NCBI GenBank assembly: GCA_951406725.2
Contig: OX597838.1
Span: 3,596,001-3,660,000 of the forward strand
DNA length: 64,000 bases
Direction of reading: 5' to 3'
Source: Octopus vulgaris
Taxonomy: Eukaryota
The position numbers and the translations under genes are program-made. This document shows positions 55,728 to 64,000 of this stretch, piece after piece. The notes below the pieces were generated by a model. That model was not told the DNA's origin. It searched no databases and saw only the letters and a list, made by a program, of their open reading frames with translations. Numbering within the stretch: the first letter of the stretch is position 1; the number at the start of each line of letters is the position of its first letter.

Positions 55728-56498
55728 CGAGGGTGGGTTGAAATGTTCATAGGCTGATTATGAAGGAGTGATGCTGTGAAGTTTTGCTTGCATTAATTCC
55801 AATCCCTCTTATTAATAACTGCATCGTTTCTTTCCAGGTAAACTGACATCTGACTGTTCAAAGAAGATTTCAAAAGTAACCAGTTGCGACTTCTCTTGAA
55901 AATGCAGAAAATCTGGTATCATGGTATTATCAAGTTCTTGTAGAAAAAAGTGGGGTTTAGCTCTTAAAGACCTTCATGCTGACGTGGTTGCTACATTGGG
56001 GAATGACATTCCAGCTTTATCAACAATGCAAAAGGAGGTAGATGAACTTAAGAATGGAAGGGAGAGTTTTGAAGGTGACCCATGGTCTGAACGTACTGCA
56101 ACTGCCACCTGGGAGGAAAACGTTGACCGTGTTCACCACTCGGTGATGGGTACTACGATTGGCTATAAACTACACAATCAAAATCATTAGCATATCCTGT
56201 GAGAGAGTTGAGAATATTCTGCACAATGAACTTGGTATGACGTTAGTTTCTGCTCAGGGGTGCCACGTCTTGTGACACCTGATCAAAAGCGCACCAGGTT
56301 GATCACATCGCAGGGAAAATCTGATGCTGTTTCCGGCAGGTCCAACCGGGTTTCCTGGAACGTTCTCTAAGCCGGAATGAGTGTTGGGATCAACACTTCG
56401 AACCAGAGATGAAAAGACAATCCATGTAGTGGAAACACTCTCCTGCACCTGCTCCAAAGAAGGCCACAGCCGTTTCCTCTTCGGGGAAGGTCATGGCC
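55728..56498 (+). mobile_element. Decayed mariner transposon, 5' half
   Basis: HTH-region peptide LHADVVATLGNDIPALSTMQKEVDELKNGRESFEGDP, then 'ILHNELGM...VPRLVTPDQKRTR' (WVPRxL motif). Contains frameshifts and stops. Confidence 0.8.
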
Positions 56499-56538
56499 TA
56501 AGCAATTCACCCGGCGTGCTAACGATTCTGCCAGCTCG

Positions 56539-56638
<100 letters not shown>

Positions 56639-57496
56639 AGGGATGTCAGAAACATCTAGATAAAAGCCCAGAAGAATCATGTCTCAGAGAAATCCAAAAG
56701 ATTGTACTGACAAGCACTGCTCATATCCTTAGAAAAACTCTACCCATTTAAATGTCTGTGTTGTATTACATGAAGATACAACAACAACAACAACAACAAC
56801 AATAATAATAATAATAATAACAAAAAGCTTGAAATTTGGTGATGGGGGAAGATAGTTGATCAAATCGAGCCCAATGTTTCACTAGTACTGAGATTATCGT
56901 CCCATCCCTAAAGGATGAAAGGCAAAGTCGACCTAGGCGGAATTTGAACTCAGAACATAGCGACAGTATATCGCCCAGCGTGCTAACGATTCTGCCAGCT
57001 CATCGTCTTAATGATGATGATGATGAAAATAAATGAACAAATATTAAAATAATAGAAGAGAAGGTTCGACATCTCTTCTTCAGAATGTCAAGGCATTTCG
57101 TCCGCCTTGACATTCTGAGTTCCGCCGAGGTCGACTTTGCCTTTCAGCCTTTCGGGGTCGATAAATTAAGAACCAGTGAAACACTGGGGTCGATGTAATC
57201 GACTGTTCCCCTCCTCTAAATTTCAGGCCTTGAAAGGATTAGTTCTTTCAGTTACACAGAAAAAATTGTAATAGTTTATTTTTATTATAATTATTTACAA
57301 TACAATTTGGTGAATGGTAGAATCGGCAGAGCATCGGGGAAAACATATTGTGACACGTAGTTTACGATCCCTCTACGTTTTGAATCCAAATCCCACCATT
57401 TTTACTTTTCTTTCTTCTGCTGGGTTGTTTAAAACAAAGTACAAGTTTATGCTAGAAGTGTGCACAGATTCTACCACCATAATAAAGTCCATAAAG

Positions 57497-58020
57497 AGAA
57501 GTACACACAGCACTGTACTCTCTTAATAGAGTTCAGTGCTAGAAATACACACAGTAATGTACTCTCTTAATAAAGCTCAGAGCTAGAAATACATACAACA
57601 CTGTACTCTCTTAATAGAGTTCAGTGCTAGAAGTACACATATGGCTGTACTCTCTTAATAAAGCTCAGTGCTAGAACTACACACAGCACTGTACTCTCTT
57701 AATAGAGTTCAGTGCTAGAAGTACACATATGGCTGTACTCTCTTAATAAAGCTCAGTGCTAGAAGTACACACAGCGCTGTACTCTCTTAATAGAGTTCAG
57801 TGCTAGAAGTACACATAAGACTGTACTCTCTTAGAGCTCAGAGCTGGAAGTACACAGAGCGATGTACTCTTTTAGAATTCAGTACTAGAAGTACACATAG
57901 CACTGTACTTTCTTAGAGTTCAGTACTAAAAGTACGCATAGCACTGTACTCTCTTAATAGAGTTCAGTACTAGATGTACATATATGGCTGTACTCTCTTA
58001 ATAAAGCTTAGTGCTAGGAA
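57497..58020. repeat. 44-bp minisatellite, ~12 copies
   Basis: Unit ~ctgtactctcttaatagagttcagtgctagaagtacacacagca. Confidence 0.9.
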
Positions 58021-59629
58021 TAGACGCACAGGAACAGACACTTGTGATGAGGGACAATTGACTTCATTATTATTTTGGCTGGTACTTTTGTTTTTATCAA
58101 TCCCAGAAGTAAGATAATCCCAGAAGTAAGATAGTTATCTGTCTGAGAGGGTGAAAGGTAAACTTGACTTCTGCCAGATTTTGACTCAGAAAGTAAAAAG
58201 ACGTGGTTTTTATAAGAACGATATTATTTCGAGATGTCGGACCACCAACTTTCAACTTTAGAATATATACAACCGATACTGATACAATATTTAAAAGTAA
58301 TTTAGAAGAATGGCATTTTAACTGCCGTCCTATCGAGGCCATATTTCTAATGAGAAAAAAAAATATTGTCTTTATGTTTCCATTAATTTTAAAAATCAAA
58401 ATTTTACAGAGATTTAGTAAAAAAATATATATTCGTCATATGAAGTTTTTGTTTGGAACATAACTAAACAAAAATCAGTTCTTTAAAAAAATATTTAATT
58501 TAAATAAAAACACTTTCAAACATGTAATTGCATCATAAAATTACAGGCTGTCTCAGATTAGTTGCTGTCAAAATGGTTTTATAATGTCATTTTACGACCG
58601 AATTCTGTTGCTGATTGGAACGCTTCGAAATAGTTTGGAGAGATCAGCGAATTGTTTTTCTTATTTCAATTGTCATTAAGTCGTAGTTGTTATTGTTATG
58701 GTTATTTTGTAATTAATTAAATTTTCATTGTTTGAATAGTTCTTTTGTATTATTTCAATCTTGACTTTTTTCTGCTTTACGTACGTCACATTCAGGATTA
58801 CCAGAAATTCTAAAAGTATAAAAGGAAAAACATTATGGATTAATAAAAATATATGGGATACGAATGAGCATTAACTACACATACATATACAAAAAGATAT
58901 AGACACTCGTGTATCCTAACACACACACGCACCCACATACACAGAAAGACAGACATCCTCATAAATACACGAACGTATATCCTTATTATCCGCAAGAAAT
59001 TGACCGTTTATAGTCGTCTAATAATCTATAAGCCAGAAAAAATATGCACTCGTATGTTTATCAATAGAGTGGGTATATTAATCAAACTATACAGTATTAT
59101 AGATCCATTCCAGCGAATCTTACCAACCGGTTTCACACCGTATATTATATAACCGCACAGTTAACTAACACCACTTGGCCTTCAAAGATGGCAGATATGG
59201 AAAGAAATGTATTGATTGTTCTATTATAGAAGGTATGTAAACAAATTTATATTATATGTATGTAAGTATTTATGTATATGTGTGTGCGTATGTATGAGTG
59301 AACGTGTGTGTGTGTGCGTGATATTTTCAATTTATAAGCCAGAGGAAAATTACTCAGTAGAGGAGAGAAGTGCATCGTAAATCTTAGTGTAAAGGTTACA
59401 TTTTTTGGCGTAAACAACGAGCATTCGTGAAACATACATACGCGCGCGCACACACGCACACACACATACACACATACACACAGGCACACACATATAATCC
59501 ATAAAAATCATAAAATATTTTCTATTTTGCTTCTGGCTCATCGGGAACTAAGCACTCCCAGACTTATCTTTGCGTACTGTATTCTGAATGGCCGGACAAG
59601 CTTTCTTTTCGAAGCTGTCACCCACTGGA

Positions 59630-60195
59630 ATACATACATACATACATACATACATACATACATACATACATACATACATACATACATACTTACATGCATA
59701 CATACATACATACATGCATACATACATACATACATGCATACATACATGCATACATACATACATGCATACATACATACATACATGCATACATACATACATG
59801 CATACATACATACATACATACATACATACATGCATACATACATACATACATACATACATACATGCATACATACATACATACATACATACATACATACATA
59901 CATACATACATACATGCATACATACATACATGCATACATACATACATACATACATACATACATACATACATACATACATACATACATGCATACATGCATA
60001 CATACATACATACATACATACATACATGCATACATGCATACATACATACATACATGCATACATACATACATGCATACATACATACATGCATACATACATA
60101 CATACATACATACATACATACATACATACATACATACATACATACATACATACATACATACATACATACATACATGCATGCATACATACATACAT
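59630..60195. repeat. (ACAT)n microsatellite
   Basis: Direct inspection. Confidence 0.95.
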
Positions 60196-60327
60196 ATTTT
60201 TTTTATTTAATTGAAGCAACAAAATTGAGTTCTCTATAAATGGAAGATGGAAAATAATGGCCGTTTATTTAAGATTTTATTTACCTTGTCAGTCAGTTGA
60301 AAGAAGGCTGCGTGGTCCTGGAGACTG

Positions 60328-62144
60328 TTAAGCAAACTTCTCTGAGTAGCGGTTCCCTGTATAATCACTGAACACTTTGTTGTTGTCAATGTTGTCTGAA
60401 ATCAATCATCGAATCAATTAATCAATCAATTATTAATTAAATGATAATGATTTTCATATTTATTCTTTATACATTTCACTAGATTCAAATGCAAATATGT
60501 TAGTCGCTGTTGTGTTCGCCACAGGAGAACGATTTCTCCTTTTTACGGCGACAATATGCTCATAACTCTCGCTGCTCATTGGCGCAAGGGTTTCTGGTTC
60601 ACCAGTGTTTCGACATGTTCTGTCTCATCAGTGAGAAACATCCGGACCCGTGAGCCTAAACGAGCCACTGGCTTTGTTTCTAATGTCAGCGAACACAACT
60701 GTTTTTTCTGATCAGTGCTTATATCTGCCAACCGATAAAAAAAAAATCATTATTTGTGCTGTGCAGAGCGAGATCTGGAACGATAATTTGTCTGTTTATT
60801 CTAAATACATTCCAGCAGAATAAATGCAAATTATTTCGTTGAAATGTACGAGGTGAGACATTAAATTAAGATGTTAGCGGAACATTTATTCGCTCGAGGC
60901 GAGCGAAAAAGAGATTACCAAGAAATATTCTGTTTCGAATGAGAGCGTTTCTACACGGTTCAGTTGACCTGCTGCAAACAGCAATAAAGTTTCTTGGGAT
61001 CAGCCTTACCATTTTGCAAAGGGTAGAAAAATAGGACACAATAAGCAACGTATTGTTAGCTATACAATAAGACGTGATGGTCATGACTGAAGCACCTTTG
61101 GTAATAGATGTATTCAGAAAGGCTTGGCATGCTGAAATTTCACCTGGACACTCGATATGCTAGAAACAGCAGCAAAAGCTCCTTCATATTACATTTCCGC
61201 TTAACAAATCCACTCAAAGTTTTGGTCGGCTCGAAGCTATTGTAGAAGACAATTGCTTGAGGAGCCGGACAGTGGGGCAGGAACCCCACATGGTTGGGCA
61301 GGAAGCTTCTTAACCACACAACCACGCCTACTGTAAGCTATTTGCCTGTGGCTACACAGCCACGTCTGAACAAGAAAAAAGCTTCAGACATGACATTCCC
61401 CAACGAAAGTTACATTGGTTTAAAGCCTACGAAAGACATCATATACTTGATGAGACTGTTTGTTCTAGGTACACTGTGCCTGAATAAAAGACAGGATGGT
61501 CACGCCTGGAAATCTTTTATACTCACGATATATCGTAGAATACGGTTTCTCCTTTTCCTCTTCCTCTTCCTCGACTTCCTGTTTGATTTTCACTAACAAA
61601 ATGGCTTTGCGCAGTGGCATGACGACCAATAGCGCGGTGGCGTTGATGAAGTTGCCGATAGCTACAGCTGGGTCGCGGAACACTGCATCGGAAGAGGTCG
61701 AGACTACCATCCAGATGAGGAAGCAACTGCTGGAACACAGGCAAGCGACCACGATCCAGCGCGACTCGTAGTAGTTCTTCTCGTTGTCCCAGAGCAACGA
61801 ACCGAAGCATATGGCGAAAATGTCGAGAATTATGACAAATATGAAAGAAAGGGCCATGCCGGTGTCGTAGGAGTCTGCTGGGGTACACCATTCGTAGTCG
61901 TGCCGCAGTTTGATGAGGGTATCTGGAGAACCTCTGCGCACGCTCATCGTAGGGTATAGGGTCACTGTTGAAGGCTTGACAAGAAGCAGCCATTCAGAGT
62001 TTAGGATGACCTGGAAAAACAAAGGAAGTGAAAACAATTTTACATACATATGATTCTATATACATGCGTATGTACATAAAGAAACACACACACACACACA
62101 TACATACATACATACATACATATATACATACATACATACATACA

Positions 62145-62176
<32 letters not shown>

Positions 62177-62417
62177 AATACACACGCACACATTAAAATC
62201 AATACTTCGTTTATCAACTGATTGTCTAATAGTAAAACTGAAGTGATGTTCAACCAGTACGTGTGTTTATTGACAAAAAGACCAACCCAAAGTACAACAA
62301 CAACAACACACACACACACACACACTCTCCCACTTTCTCTCTTTCTCTCTTTCTCTCACACTTTCCTTCTCTCACACTTTCCTTCTCTCTATCACTTTCG
62401 TTCTCTCTCTCTCTCTC

Positions 62418-62481
<64 letters not shown>

Positions 62482-63522
62482 TGAAGAAGAAGAAGAAGAA
62501 GAAGAAGAAGAAGACGAAGAAGAAGAAGAAGGAGAAGAAAAAGAAGAAGAAGAAGAAGAAGAAGAAGAAGAAGAAGAAGAAGAAGAAGAAGAAGAAGAAG
62601 AAGAAGAAGAAGAATTGGAAGAAGAAGAAGAAGAAGAAGAAGAAGAAGAAGAAGAAGAAGAAGAAGAAGAAGAAGAAGAAGATTAAGAAGAAGGGGAAGC
62701 GCAGTCTTACTGTGCTAAAAATAAATAGAGCACAGTTTAAGCTATCTTTTCGTGGAAGAAGGTTTACGTTCCTATAACCTGTGTTAATTCTGTAACCCTT
62801 TAAAATGGAAGATAAGAAAATTCATTCTCGGCACTTGATGCTTTGGGAACCAGACAAAAATTGCTCCACCTTGGCTGGGATGTGTTACCCCACCCTCCAT
62901 ATTCACCAGATACTGCTCCTTCGGATTTCCACTTATTCAGGTCTCTGCAGAATAGTCTTAAAGGTAAAAATTTCAATTCCTTGGATGACGTAAAAAGATA
63001 GCTTGATGAATTCTTTGCCATGAAACCGCCTCAGTTCTGGGAAGAGGGTATTTTCAAGTTAAAGGAAAGATGGAGACGCATTGTGCAACAAAATGGTTCA
63101 TATTTGGTTGATTAAAAATGTATGGCATGGTTTTAGTGACCTTTTTCTTTCCTTTAAAAATCGGCATGAACTTTCCGGACAACCCAATATTTTACCTGTA
63201 CGCATGTTTGTGGAGTACTCAGCCACTGGAACGTTTATTTCACGAGAAAACTGTTCCGTTGATCGGATCAACTGGAGCACTCGTCGTCGTTACCGACAGA
63301 GCACCAGTTTATACATTCATGCTGGATGTATACAAAAAAGATAAATGTTATAACTTTACCTGCACGAGAACGATGAGTAGCGTAACAATACCCAGTGCTA
63401 GGCTACTGGACAGTCGGCGGTAGTCGTGGCTATCGATCTCATTACTACGGTATCTCCAGTTGTCTACAGACTTTACACATAAGCAGGCAAAGCAGATAGC
63501 ATAAACGACAGCCGTGGTGAAC
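60328..63522 (-). CDS. Gene 2 (partial, 3' end): paralogous class C GPCR, TM3 to C-terminus; 5' part lies beyond the window
   Basis: Three phase-consistent exons: 63360-63522 (RFTTAVVYAICFACLCVKSVDNWR...LIVLVQ), 61527-62010 (EWL...WCTP...LSFIFV...NYYESRWI...RDPAVAIGNFINAT) and 60328-60395 (NIDNNKVFSDYTGNRYSEKFA*). Clear motif identity with the gene 1 7TM. Confidence 0.85.
62418..62692. repeat. (TAG)n + (GAA)n microsatellite
   Basis: Direct inspection. Confidence 0.95.
62840..63191 (+). mobile_element. Mariner transposase 3' fragment with right TIR (in a gene 2 intron)
   Basis: LGWDVLPHPPYSPDTAPSDFHLFRSLQN...ERWRRIVQQNGSY* with an internal stop. Ends in the TIR-like sequence catgaactttccggacaacccaata. 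Confidence 0.85.
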
Positions 63523-63789
63523 CTAGTTTCAACGAAAGAAAGCGCTCGTCAGTAAACTTTTTTAATGGTAGAAGCATAACAAAGTATAACAGAGTATAAC
63601 ACATTACAATCGGTGTGTATCAGTGTAAATATCGGAGTATGAGCAAACTTCAAGGTGAAAGTCATTATTATGAGATGATTAAACACCGGCTTTTAAATAA
63701 AGCATATTACACTACCCCTGGTATTTGAGTACTCTTTTTTCCACCTTGTTTCACATTTATGTGTTTACTCCGGTATATATATATATATG

Positions 63790-63835
<46 letters not shown>

Positions 63836-64000
63836 GACAGAGCCAATGACGTCTATTTCCACGTACGCGGACAGAGCTATGAAGAATTTAACGTATTTTG
63901 AAAGTAAAGAAAAAAATGAAAGAAAATTATTTGCATCTGACCTTCTGGCTGCACAAACGGTGATGCTCGCTTGGGCAAAGAACGCGAAATTAACGCCATA

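Noticed and set aside
57497-58020. CRISPR-like appearance of regularly spaced repeats (also 22539-22905)
   Set aside because: The units are contiguous with no unique spacers, the context is eukaryotic and there are no cas genes. These are minisatellites.

Overview
This is animal genomic DNA rich in microsatellites and SINEs. The repeat families point to an octopod cephalopod, which is an inference. The main content is one apparently complete 22-coding-exon gene on the minus strand (ATG at 43846, stop at 3616; hand-spliced CDS 8562 nt, about 2850 aa). It encodes a class C (glutamate-family) GPCR with an unusual architecture: signal peptide, FIVE tandem, mutually divergent Venus flytrap (VFT/ANF_receptor) domains joined by 3-Cys mini-linkers, no nine-cysteine domain, a 7TM_3 domain and a short tail. 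The 3' end of a second, paralogous class C GPCR lies upstream on the same strand (60328-63522 and beyond the window). Other elements are an intact intronic tRNA-His(GUG), a dense cluster of eight TAATCC (K50 homeodomain) sites just 5' of the start codon, several SINE families, Tc1/mariner and LINE relics, MITE-like palindromes, Penelope-type hammerhead-like motifs and minisatellites. Most entries in the ORF track are microsatellite artefacts. Exon boundaries were read by hand from GT-AG sites with consistent phases and have no transcript confirmation.
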